DNA from: Fervidobacterium sp. | GTDB taxonomy: Bacteria > Thermotogota > Thermotogae > Thermotogales > Fervidobacteriaceae | Direction: 5' to 3' | DNA: 52,306 nucleotides | NCBI GenBank assembly: GCA_049970055.1 | Contig: JBMFNR010000002.1 | Coordinates: 1 to 52,306 of the forward strand | Part shown: piece by piece, positions 17,261 through 26,500 of the stretch | How the letters are laid out: each line of letters begins with the position of its first letter | Position numbering within the stretch: position 1 is the first letter of the stretch | Program-made: the position numbers and the translations under genes | Notes under the pieces: generated by a model | Seen by the model: the letters and a program-made list of their open reading frames with translations, nothing else | Told to the model about the DNA's origin: nothing | The model's database searches: none

Positions 17261-18242
17261 TCTGTCTCACCTCTTCAGTCAACGGATGCCAGCAAGCAAG
17301 AAAATGCCCTTTTTCAACTTCTTGATACGGTGGTTCCTCTTTTGTACATCTTTCTGTTGCCCATGGACACCTCGGGGCAAATCTGCAACCAGTTGGTGGG
17401 TTGAGTAAATCTGGTGGTTCACCTGGTATTGTAAACAATTTACGCTTTTCACCAACATGGCTTGGGAATGCGTTCATAAGTAAGAACGTATACGGATGCA
17501 TAGGTCTTTTAAATATCGTTGTTGAGTCCGCTTGTTCAACAAATTTTCCAGCATACATAACAGCTATCTTATCACTTACTTCGGCTATAACCGCGATGTC
17601 ATGTGAGATATAAATCATCGCCATGTTAAGTTCTTTTTGTATTTTCTTCATTTCCCTTAATATCTTATCTTGCACTATCACATCAAGCGCTGTTGTTGGT
17701 TCATCTGCGATAATCACACGTGGATCACAGGAAAGAGATAGCGCGATCACGGCCCTTTGTTTCATACCGCCGCTGTACTGATGCGGGTATTGTTCCATCC
17801 GTTTTGGATCAAGTGTAACAAGTTCAAATAGCTTAGCAACTTTCGCTTTTGCTTCATCAATAGGCGTATCCGGGTAATGGTTAAGTATCGCTTCAACTAT
17901 TTGATCACCCACTTTATAAACAGGGTTTAGTGAATTCATAGCCGCTTGGAAGACCATCGAAATACCCTTCCATCGGTAATGCCTCATTTCTTCTTCCGAT
18001 AGAGAAACCCAATCAACCATTTTACCGTTATCGTTAAACCATACATGGCCACCCATGAATTGGGCATTCTCTGGCAAAATTCTTAACAGTGTCATAGAAA
18101 CGGAAGTTTTACCACAACCAGATTCGCCCACTATTCCAAGACTCTCACCTGATTGCAACTCGAAAGAAATACCATCAACGGCCTTAACATAACCTTTTTT
18201 TGTTTTGTAATGCATACGTAGGTCTTCTACTTTCAATATCAC
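17244..18242 (-). CDS. oppD: Opp/Dpp-family ABC transporter ATP-binding subunit (OppD-like)
   Basis: GESGCGKTS, YSGGMKQR, ADEPTTALD, HPYT, GCRFAPRCP. GTG 18242 fits the RBS (ORF track gives 18251). Confidence 0.92.
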   Translation of the reverse strand: MILKVEDLRMHYKTKKGYVKAVDGISFELQSGESLGIVGESGCGKTSVSMTLLRILPENAQFMGGHVWFNDNGKMVDWVSLSEEEMRHYRWKGISMVFQAAMNSLNPVYKVGDQIVEAILNHYPDTPIDEAKAKVAKLFELVTLDPKRMEQYPHQYSGGMKQRAVIALSLSCDPRVIIADEPTTALDVIVQDKILREMKKIQKELNMAMIYISHDIAVIAEVSDKIAVMYAGKFVEQADSTTIFKRPMHPYTFLLMNAFPSHVGEKRKLFTIPGEPPDLLNPPTGCRFAPRCPWATERCTKEEPPYQEVEKGHFLACWHPLTEEVRQNEFRK

Positions 18243-18247
18243 AATTA

Positions 18248-20725
18248 TCACCTCTTCCTAAGTCTTGGGTTAACTATTTCTTCAAGTCCCCTACCGAGGA
18301 AATAGAATGCGGCACATAGTAGCGTTATAGCTCCACCGGCCGGTACCCACATCCACCAATAAGCTCCTATGTTACCAGATCCAAGGTAACCTGAGCTCCA
18401 AACAGTATTTATCATCAATCCCCAAGACATTCTGACTTTCATAAGACCAAAGAAACTGAGCACAGCTTCAGAGAAGACTGCACCTGTGACATTAAACATC
18501 ATGTAAAGGAACGATAGTGGCATTACATTTGGAATGATGTGGTTAAATATTATGTATCCATGGCTTCCGCCTGATACTCTAGCTGCATCGATGTAAGGTT
18601 TTACCTTGATTGTAAGTGCTTGAGCTTTAAGTACGAGTGTAATACCACCAAAACCACCGAGCAATCCGAGGATCAAAGCAAGCTTGAATAAATTCATAGT
18701 CATGAAACCTGAAAGAACTATTAAAAAGGCTGTCGACGGGAAAAGCATCATAAGGTCAGCGATACGCATGAATATAACATCGACGATACCACCGTAATAT
18801 GCGGCGGTTGTACCAATGATCGTACCGATAACAACTGTGATGAGCGCAGCCAAAACACCGAGTACGAACTCACTTGGAGTACTAACCATCAGTTGAATGA
18901 ATATATCCCTTCCAACCGGGTCTGTACCAAGCCAGTGCCACCTACTTGGTGGAAGGGGATGCCCAACCCCAATTTTGTTGTTAATGGAAAGTGAATTGAA
19001 AATCTCAACAAGCTTATTCCCAGCAAATTGCACAGTCCAAGGCGTCTTTTTGGACTTTTCAACTGATCCAATATCTTGTATATTTGCCCATTCGGAAGGA
19101 TCTTCAAGATACTGTTTGTGTTCTTCTATCATTTTGTAGTAAATATTCTCATTTATATCCCCTTCATTAATGAGAAACCTCACCGCTTCTATCGGTTCTT
19201 TAAATGTCTTTAACTTTTGAATGATATCTAAACGTCTAAAATCGTCTAATTGGGAATTTTCAATATTGGAAATAACCTTGTCAAGCTTTCTAGTGCCTTG
19301 GAATGCATAAGACATTAAGGAAGTAATCGGATTAGATAGTACCTTTATCACTTCACTACCAAGCATTTCGTAGTTGTCAGGCACGTTTTCGTCATTCAAA
19401 AGAGAAGCCATAAACGATCTGGCTGTTGCAATCTTTAGGAAGATGTTGTTTAATTGCAACACATAGCCCTTTCTCACCGTTTTTGAATATTTATCAAGGT
19501 CGTTTTCAAGCTTGGCTCTTAACTGCGGATTTATATCTACTGAAACTTTTGCAAGTTCCATACCCGCATAGATCTCTAAAAATTCTTTCGTATTCTCATG
19601 AGATACCTTAATACCTACCGATTCCATTTCATCTTCTATATTCTTGATTGTTCTTTTCGATTTTGAAAGTGCGGATAAGTATATATCTTTGTTGGATAGA
19701 TCTGAGAGTTTCGATTTCGCCAAGTCCAAAAGTACTGCAAAGTCACTCTCTTTTATTTGTTTTTCGATTGTATCGTTTTCTTTTGAGAGAACAAGTAAAT
19801 CTGGTATGATGTTGAACACCGCTGCGTAAACCAATGACTCAGTTGGAATAACGTTGTTTTGGATAATTTCCGCAAATTGAGTGTCCGACTGCACGTACAA
19901 TTGACTTGCCACATTACCACTTGCAATACCCCTTGCAATTTCTATTACGCTTTTTTGAGCATTTTCAATTTCTTGCTCGTTGTACGTTTGCGAGAGTAAA
20001 TTATTGAACTGTTCAGCAATCTCTGGTTTATCCCTGTTCAGGCTCCTGAACCAAAGAATTGCACGTGTAACTTCGTCCGATTCTAAATACGGTGATAAAG
20101 CAATAGCTAACGTTTTATAGTCGACCTTCTCTAAAAGCTTTGAAAAATCTGAGAACGAGAACTTATCTCTGTTACCTATATCCTTTATTGAGGAAATTGC
20201 AGAAAATTTTATAAATCCTTTGTCAACAAGTTCGGAAACATTTGTTTGGAAATACATTCTTTCCTTTGCTGGGATATAACTATCTGCTATGGTGTCAAGA
20301 ATATGTCTAAAGCTGTCTGGTGCATAAGTGGTCATTATTTCGTATTGAGAGTTCCTAACAAGATTCTCCATCGATGACTTGAACGCTTCACCTTTGTCCA
20401 TGAATGAATAAACCCACATTTGAGCTGCCGGAATCTCAATACCTTTGATCAAGTTTTGTGCAGATAAGTAGTCGGTTATATATTTAGAGGATAAAATTCT
20501 CGGATCCAAACCAGTAACTGGATCGTATATATTTGGATCCAGCATTTTCAACGCGATCGGGGAGAGTGCACCAAATATGCCGAATGCGATAATGACCCAA
20601 AGTCCGAACATACCCATCTTACTCTCTTTAAATAACGTCCAGTTCTTTTTAAAGTTCTTCACGAAAAGCTTAAATTTTATCTTAGCAATAGATTCTTTTC
20701 TACTTTGTTCTATCTTTTCAGCCAT
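18248..20725 (-). CDS. oppC: OppC-like ABC permease with a ~510-aa extracytoplasmic insertion
   Basis: N-terminal TM, then HPLPPSRWHWLGTDPVGRD and EAA-like loop YIDAARVSGGS…HIIPN, SWG; 825 aa versus ~300 aa typical. Confidence 0.85.
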   Translation of the reverse strand: MAEKIEQSRKESIAKIKFKLFVKNFKKNWTLFKESKMGMFGLWVIIAFGIFGALSPIALKMLDPNIYDPVTGLDPRILSSKYITDYLSAQNLIKGIEIPAAQMWVYSFMDKGEAFKSSMENLVRNSQYEIMTTYAPDSFRHILDTIADSYIPAKERMYFQTNVSELVDKGFIKFSAISSIKDIGNRDKFSFSDFSKLLEKVDYKTLAIALSPYLESDEVTRAILWFRSLNRDKPEIAEQFNNLLSQTYNEQEIENAQKSVIEIARGIASGNVASQLYVQSDTQFAEIIQNNVIPTESLVYAAVFNIIPDLLVLSKENDTIEKQIKESDFAVLLDLAKSKLSDLSNKDIYLSALSKSKRTIKNIEDEMESVGIKVSHENTKEFLEIYAGMELAKVSVDINPQLRAKLENDLDKYSKTVRKGYVLQLNNIFLKIATARSFMASLLNDENVPDNYEMLGSEVIKVLSNPITSLMSYAFQGTRKLDKVISNIENSQLDDFRRLDIIQKLKTFKEPIEAVRFLINEGDINENIYYKMIEEHKQYLEDPSEWANIQDIGSVEKSKKTPWTVQFAGNKLVEIFNSLSINNKIGVGHPLPPSRWHWLGTDPVGRDIFIQLMVSTPSEFVLGVLAALITVVIGTIIGTTAAYYGGIVDVIFMRIADLMMLFPSTAFLIVLSGFMTMNLFKLALILGLLGGFGGITLVLKAQALTIKVKPYIDAARVSGGSHGYIIFNHIIPNVMPLSFLYMMFNVTGAVFSEAVLSFFGLMKVRMSWGLMINTVWSSGYLGSGNIGAYWWMWVPAGGAITLLCAAFYFLGRGLEEIVNPRLRKR

Positions 20726-20745
20726 CCTTTGTCACCTCTTTATCA

Positions 20746-22128
20746 TCAATATCTAATTCGTGGATCTAAGAATGCGTACAATATATCTGCAACTAGGTGC
20801 GCAAAAAGTACGAGCACACCGGTGAAAACAAGACATCCGATGGCAAGAGGTGTATCCTGAGCTGTAGTAGCTTCAAGTAACGTTAAACCCATACCCTTCC
20901 ATGAAAACATCGTTTCTGTGATTACTCCACCACTAACAGTTGAAGCAAGTCCTATAACGAAACTTGTCATCAACGGTAATAGAGCGGTTCTTGCAGCGTG
21001 TTTGTCTCTTATCACTTTTTCAGGTAACCCCTTTGCACGGGCTGTCGTTATGTAGTCTTCCTTCACAACTTCAAGCATCGTGTCCCTCATAACAAGCATA
21101 TCACCTGCAAAATGTAACGTAATCAACGCAATTGTTGGCAATGCCAAATGGTAGATAATATCAAGAGCGTAACTGCCCATTCCATTCGTAACCCAGTAAA
21201 TAAGTGCTGTTATCGCGCCTATAATAATAGATATCCAAATTGCAGTTTTCTTAGCTTTTATCGTTCTTAATTTGCTGGCAATGACGATACCAACTATCCA
21301 AGCAACAAGTAAGAATAGTTCAGTCCACAAAAGCCTTATAAAGACATCCTGGGCACTAAATGGTGTATTAAACCACTTTGATGGAGTAACAAAACCAGAC
21401 AGTGGGAACCACTTCAACGTAACCGCAAAAAGCCAAATTAATATGAGCATGTAGAATGGTGTAAATATAGTCCAAAATACTATTCCAATAAATGTGGCTG
21501 ATTTATCTATCAATCCGCCTCTTCTCCATGCTATTCTCTTACCTAAATCAAAACCGAGTAGGAAAGATAACACCGAACTTGCCAAGAAGAGGAATAGCGT
21601 TCTTGGAAGTCTCTCAGCAATAATTTCTTCAACCCTCTTCGGATACTCGCTGAAGGAAATGCCCATCTCCAAGTTAAAAAAGTTCTTCATGTGCTTGTAG
21701 TACTTAACATACCAAGGATCTTCTACTCCAAACAGTTGTTTCATTCTTTCGTACATTTCTGGATTCCTCATCAATTTTGGGTCAAGAAATTTGGTGGTAT
21801 AATCACCCGGCATGGCGAGGAAGATAAAGAACACAACTGTAACGTATATGACAAGCAATAGAACAATCTGTGCCATCCTATTCCTTATAAACTTTGCAAG
21901 ACCTGGCAGATCGAAGCCGTAGAAATAAATTATTGGAGCGATGATGTAGTTAAACCTCGGACTGAATAAGTATAAATACTTCACGTTGAACAAAGCGCCG
22001 TAATACAACACAAAAGCTATCGCTAAAAATAAGTAATTGTAGGGCTTTTTACCCTTCTTGATGGAATAATACACACCTACCAAAGGTAACACAACTGCAA
22101 AAACCAATAATAACACCTGCTTTGTCAT
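20746..22128 (-). CDS. oppB: OppB-like ABC permease with extra TM segments
   Basis: MPGD, MGISF, RLPRT, HLALP, DYITTARAKGL…KHAARTAL, ADILYAFLDPRIRY. GAGGTG RBS favours ATG 22128. Confidence 0.9.
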   Translation of the reverse strand: MTKQVLLLVFAVVLPLVGVYYSIKKGKKPYNYLFLAIAFVLYYGALFNVKYLYLFSPRFNYIIAPIIYFYGFDLPGLAKFIRNRMAQIVLLLVIYVTVVFFIFLAMPGDYTTKFLDPKLMRNPEMYERMKQLFGVEDPWYVKYYKHMKNFFNLEMGISFSEYPKRVEEIIAERLPRTLFLFLASSVLSFLLGFDLGKRIAWRRGGLIDKSATFIGIVFWTIFTPFYMLILIWLFAVTLKWFPLSGFVTPSKWFNTPFSAQDVFIRLLWTELFLLVAWIVGIVIASKLRTIKAKKTAIWISIIIGAITALIYWVTNGMGSYALDIIYHLALPTIALITLHFAGDMLVMRDTMLEVVKEDYITTARAKGLPEKVIRDKHAARTALLPLMTSFVIGLASTVSGGVITETMFSWKGMGLTLLEATTAQDTPLAIGCLVFTGVLVLFAHLVADILYAFLDPRIRY

Positions 22129-22182
22129 CTTCACCTCTCCCTTGAGTAATATCGTTGAGGCTATCAATTAACTCATTGAAAT

Positions 22183-22202
22183 GGTCCCCCTTTCGGGGGA
22201 CC
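22183..22202 (-). promoter_or_regulatory. Intercistronic stem-loop after the substrate-binding gene (mRNA stabiliser or partial terminator)
   Basis: Minus strand ggtccccc-gaaa-gggggacc, 8-bp GC stem with GNRA loop and weak U tail. Confidence 0.65.
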
Positions 22203-22224
22203 GAATGGGGCTGTTTTTCTGAAA

Positions 22225-24045
22225 TTACTGTACTTTCTTTACACCTTCTGGGAATCCATAGTACCCTTGTATACCATCGAGCATGTTATCGAATGGGAAT
22301 TTGATTGATGTTCTGTAGGCCTCAATCAGTGGGTTTGTGAAGAGAATTATGTATGGTAAATCATCTGCAAGTATCTTCTGAGCCTCAAATATTGATTTTC
22401 TTGCTTGGTTGAAATCATCCGCGTATTCGAATTCTTCAATAAGAGCATCGAATTCTGGGTTTTTGTAACCCGGTGTATTGAATCCGTCTGGTGCCATTTC
22501 TCCACTATGCCAGAACGATTTGAAGTATGTCGGAACTCTACCGATACCCCACCCAAGTATGTACATATCAAAGTCAACATCGTCAAACGCTTTACTCACA
22601 ATTTCATTAAAGTCTGTGAGCTTGAGGTTAATTGGCATACCTATGTTCTTTGCCCATTGCTCTATGTACATAGCTGTTTGTGCTCTCATTGGGTCGTAAT
22701 CCATACCCGGCGAGAGGAGCGTGAGTGTTGGAACAGGTTTTCCATCTGGACCTTTTAAACCTTTACCTTGTGTTTTAACTGGGTTCTTTGTATCCTTTGG
22801 ATCGATAACAGGTTCAACATCCCACTTGAATCCCGCTTTCTTGAGTAAACTAATTGCAAGTTGATATCTTTCGCCCATGCTGAGGCCTTCACCGATCGTT
22901 TTTACAGCTGAGTTATACCAGAATGTGTTTGCTGGTGGTACTGGTGTTGCAAGAGGAATTGCCCTACCTTGCAAGACCTGGTTACAAATAAAGTCACGAT
23001 CTATTAAAGCTGCCAATGCTTGTCTGAACTCCTTCACATTCATTGGAAATTTTCTCATGTTGAACGCAAGGTACCTGAACCCAAGCTGTGGGTTGGAAAC
23101 GATCTTTATGTCTTTTTGACCTCTGAGCTGTTCCGCTTCTCCTGCTGTAAGTCCAACTGGATTGTAAATGTAGTCAATGTCACCAGCAATAAGAGCTTGG
23201 ATAGCCACTTGTTTATTACCATAGACCTTATAAACTATTGTATTTACAAATGGACCGTTTACAACCTCGAGAGCAACATCGCCAGCTGGCTTTGGATCAG
23301 ATGTTGACCATTTGAAGCCTGTCTTTGGATTAACAATAGAAAATCCACCGTTTTTGTAGTAAATATTCTTTTCACCGTACGACCAGTATTTGTCGTCTGG
23401 AACTTGCTTTACAACTTGCACAAACGCACCTTTTTCTACCTTACCTAGGTTGAGTGCTGTTATACCTGGGTCAATAACTTCTTGTGAGAGCAACCATTTA
23501 ACTGGATCTTTCTGTTTCTTTGCCTTATCAACGATCGGCTTCCAGTAATTACTGCAAGCGATTGCCGTCATGAGCGTATCGTAGTAAATCGTCATTGTCT
23601 TCTTTTCTTTGAAGTAAAATTTCACCGTCCATGTGTCAACCTTCTCAACTTTCTCGGGTTCGTAAGCTCCGCCCCAGTTACCGCCGGGAATCTGCATCTC
23701 TTTAACTGTTGTGTAAGTGAATACAACATCGTCCGCTGTAAATGGTGCACCATTTGACCAGCGCATGTCTTTTCTAAGGTTAACGGTAACGGTATACATG
23801 TTACCTTCTTTGACTATCTTCGGAATGTCCACCGCTGCCGATGGAATGAGTTGTCCTTCTTTGTTCATACCGAGCAAAGATGGATACTTCCAAAGTTGAA
23901 CAACAAAGTTCCATGAAGATGAGCCGGAGCCAAGTAAGTTCCAGATGTTTGTCGTTGTGAGATCAGAAAAAATACCGTAGTTTACCTGGACAGCAAAAAG
24001 CGACGCAACAAAAAGTATCACTAGAAATACCGTAAGCTTCTTCAC
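22225..24045 (-). CDS. oppA: ABC transporter substrate-binding protein, family 5 (OppA/DppA-like)
   Basis: Signal peptide; LRKDMRWSNGAPFTADDVVFT, YLAFN…FRQALAALIDRD, GYKNPEFD, DLPYIIL; AGGAGG RBS before GTG. Confidence 0.92.
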   Translation of the reverse strand: MKKLTVFLVILFVASLFAVQVNYGIFSDLTTTNIWNLLGSGSSSWNFVVQLWKYPSLLGMNKEGQLIPSAAVDIPKIVKEGNMYTVTVNLRKDMRWSNGAPFTADDVVFTYTTVKEMQIPGGNWGGAYEPEKVEKVDTWTVKFYFKEKKTMTIYYDTLMTAIACSNYWKPIVDKAKKQKDPVKWLLSQEVIDPGITALNLGKVEKGAFVQVVKQVPDDKYWSYGEKNIYYKNGGFSIVNPKTGFKWSTSDPKPAGDVALEVVNGPFVNTIVYKVYGNKQVAIQALIAGDIDYIYNPVGLTAGEAEQLRGQKDIKIVSNPQLGFRYLAFNMRKFPMNVKEFRQALAALIDRDFICNQVLQGRAIPLATPVPPANTFWYNSAVKTIGEGLSMGERYQLAISLLKKAGFKWDVEPVIDPKDTKNPVKTQGKGLKGPDGKPVPTLTLLSPGMDYDPMRAQTAMYIEQWAKNIGMPINLKLTDFNEIVSKAFDDVDFDMYILGWGIGRVPTYFKSFWHSGEMAPDGFNTPGYKNPEFDALIEEFEYADDFNQARKSIFEAQKILADDLPYIILFTNPLIEAYRTSIKFPFDNMLDGIQGYYGFPEGVKKVQ

Positions 24046-24094
24046 AGTGACCCCTCCTTCTTTGTAGTGTGGAACCCCTATACGTTTTATACAT

Positions 24095-24124
24095 ATTATA
24101 CAACAGTTCCAACATTTTTTGCAA
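24095..24124 (-). promoter_or_regulatory. Putative sigma-70 promoter for the opp operon
   Basis: Minus strand TTGCAA-18 nt-TATAAT, ~50 nt upstream of the oppA start. Confidence 0.55.
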
Positions 24125-24216
24125 ATTTTAAGCTTAAATGTTTCAATTCAATTTCTCAAGCATAACTTTACAAATTTTTGCAAATGTATGATAAAATATT
24201 TTTGGAGGTGATTTTC

Positions 24217-25713
24217 GTGTACTACAAAGTTTCCAGAGATCCAATATATTCTGAAATTATGTTGTACCCACTTGAGTTGTTGGTAATCGATACAAAAGCA
24301 ATGCAGAGATTAAGATACCTTAGTCAACTTGTGGGTGCAGAATACGTCTATCCTGGAGCAACTCACACAAGATTTGCACATTCTTTAGGTGTTATGCACC
24401 TTTCTGGTGTGTATGCAGAACAACTATACGATACACCAGATAAAGTCCGCATTCTTAGACTTGCTGGATTGCTTCACGATATCGGTCATGGTCCATTCAG
24501 TCATCAATTCGATGATGTAGTGTATAAAAAGCTTGGATTCAACGATGGACATGATGAATACAGGCAAAGGTTGCTACGGGAGTATCTCCCAAGGGAGATG
24601 GAGAAAAGATACAAAGAGGCGCCAGCTAAATTGAAAAAAGCCGTTGATGAAGATCTTGATATTACGCTTGGCCAACTTTCAAAAAATATGGAAGACAATT
24701 TTGCACAGCTTATGGAAGAAGTAATTAAAGTATACGAAGGCGAAGAGAAAGGGACTGTTGACTTTGCAATTGTTCAGGGTCCTCTTGGCGCCGACAGATT
24801 GGATTTTGTACTCCGGGATTCTTACTATGCAGGTACGCGTGGATTCGGTACAGGAGCGATCGATAGACTTATTAGAAATACGATGATAGTCAACAGAGAT
24901 GGTAAAGATATATTAGCTTATGATTCTAAGGTAGTTGATGAGATATACACAATCCTCTTTGGCAGATTTATGATGTACAAAAATGTTTATTTCCACAAGA
25001 CATCGCGTGCTGCAGATATGATGATCCAGGAACTACTTGAGTTGTCTTACAAAGCCCTAAAATTAGACGAAAGGGTTTTGAACATCGAAACTTTCCTCGA
25101 TTTAACAGATCAGACCATTATAAACGAAGTAATTTATAAATTTTACGAATTGGTGCAATTATACGGTGGCGACGAGGATACAAAGCAAGGCTTGCTAAAA
25201 TACGAATTTGATCTGCAACCTCTTGAATTAGATATAGTCATGGCTTACGAAATTGTTGAAAGATTGAAATCAAGAAATCTTTGGAAAGTTGTTCTTGAAA
25301 CTCCATTCTCAATTGAAGGAGTCGATCCATCACTTGTAAGCCAGGGAATTGCGAGTGATTTACTACAAAAAATAAGACTAAAACTTGAAAGATCATTTGA
25401 AATTGCTGATGAAGACGATAAAAGAATAATTATGCACCTAATGAACAATTTCGATGACGTTTTTCGAGTAGATACTCCTTACAAGTTAACTATCGTCCAC
25501 CCTGAGGAATTTCTTAGAAGTAACATCTATATAATCAAGAAAAATCACATAATGACATTTGAAGAGTACGTAAAAAACTATCCCGCATACAACTTTATGA
25601 AGAGTAATCTAATACAGATCGTGCGTATATATATAACAAAAGATGTTAGAGACATCCTCGAAAAATATAAAATACTTCCAGAAACAACTATGCAAATAAC
25701 GACACGTTGGTAA
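24217..25713 (+). CDS. HD-domain phosphohydrolase (SAMHD1/dNTP triphosphohydrolase-like)
   Basis: RDPIY, MQRLRYLSQL, YPGATHTRFAHSLGV, LLHDIGHGPFSH, ADRLDFVLRD, MYKNVYFHK. GGAGGTG RBS before GTG 24217. Confidence 0.85.
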   Translation: MYYKVSRDPIYSEIMLYPLELLVIDTKAMQRLRYLSQLVGAEYVYPGATHTRFAHSLGVMHLSGVYAEQLYDTPDKVRILRLAGLLHDIGHGPFSHQFDDVVYKKLGFNDGHDEYRQRLLREYLPREMEKRYKEAPAKLKKAVDEDLDITLGQLSKNMEDNFAQLMEEVIKVYEGEEKGTVDFAIVQGPLGADRLDFVLRDSYYAGTRGFGTGAIDRLIRNTMIVNRDGKDILAYDSKVVDEIYTILFGRFMMYKNVYFHKTSRAADMMIQELLELSYKALKLDERVLNIETFLDLTDQTIINEVIYKFYELVQLYGGDEDTKQGLLKYEFDLQPLELDIVMAYEIVERLKSRNLWKVVLETPFSIEGVDPSLVSQGIASDLLQKIRLKLERSFEIADEDDKRIIMHLMNNFDDVFRVDTPYKLTIVHPEEFLRSNIYIIKKNHIMTFEEYVKNYPAYNFMKSNLIQIVRIYITKDVRDILEKYKILPETTMQITTRW

Positions 25714-25744
25714 ACTAATTGCATAAAAAGGAAGGATTTAAATT

Positions 25745-26500
25745 ATGTTGTTGCTCTTTGATGTAGGTAATACACACACAACGGTTGCGCTAACAAAAGA
25801 TGGAAAGAGTTTTGAAAAATACAGGATAGCGACAAAAAAGTATGAAACAGAAGACGAGCTGTACGTTTTTTTGAAAAGCCTGTACGGTGCTTTAATCGAT
25901 GGTATAGCTATAGTTGTATCGTCCGTTGTTCCATCTTTGAATATTGTATTTGAATACTTTGCCAAAAAATACGGCAACGGGAACGTTTATTTTGTAAACT
26001 CCTTGGAATATGATAAGATAATTTGGAATGTAAGTTATCCCAAAGAGATAGGAGCCGACAGAGTATGCGATGTCATAGCAGCATACAAAGACTACGGCGA
26101 AAATTGTATAGTTGTAGATTACGGGACGGCAATTACTGTTGAAGTTCTAAAGGATGGAGTTTACGAAGGCGGAGTTATAATGCCTGGTTTTGCAATGATG
26201 ATAAATGCGCTCTTTAAAGGTACAGCAAAACTTCCACTTGTCGAAATAAAGCCTTACGATGGTTTCATTGGAAAAGATACAGAATCAAACATCCGTATAG
26301 GTACGATTAACGCGACGGTAGGTGCAATTAAGTATGTGATTGAAAATATCATGAAAGAATACAAGAAAAAACCTTTGGTTATCCACACGGGCGGACAAGC
26401 TGTTTATGTTCGGGAAGTGGTAGAAGGAATTGTAGACAACGATCTTACTTTGAGAGGGATGTACTATTTTTATGAGGAAAAGAAGAATCCTACTCGTTAA
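25745..26500 (+). CDS. coaX: Type III pantothenate kinase
   Basis: DVGNTHT, SSVVP, IGADR, VVDYGTAIT, GGVIMPG, TGG. Confidence 0.93.
   Translation: MLLLFDVGNTHTTVALTKDGKSFEKYRIATKKYETEDELYVFLKSLYGALIDGIAIVVSSVVPSLNIVFEYFAKKYGNGNVYFVNSLEYDKIIWNVSYPKEIGADRVCDVIAAYKDYGENCIVVDYGTAITVEVLKDGVYEGGVIMPGFAMMINALFKGTAKLPLVEIKPYDGFIGKDTESNIRIGTINATVGAIKYVIENIMKEYKKKPLVIHTGGQAVYVREVVEGIVDNDLTLRGMYYFYEEKKNPTR

Noticed and set aside
18965..20494. OppC insertion as an intein or mobile element
   Set aside because: No Cys/Ser…His-Asn splice termini at the junctions, no LAGLIDADG or transposase motifs, no terminal repeats seen.
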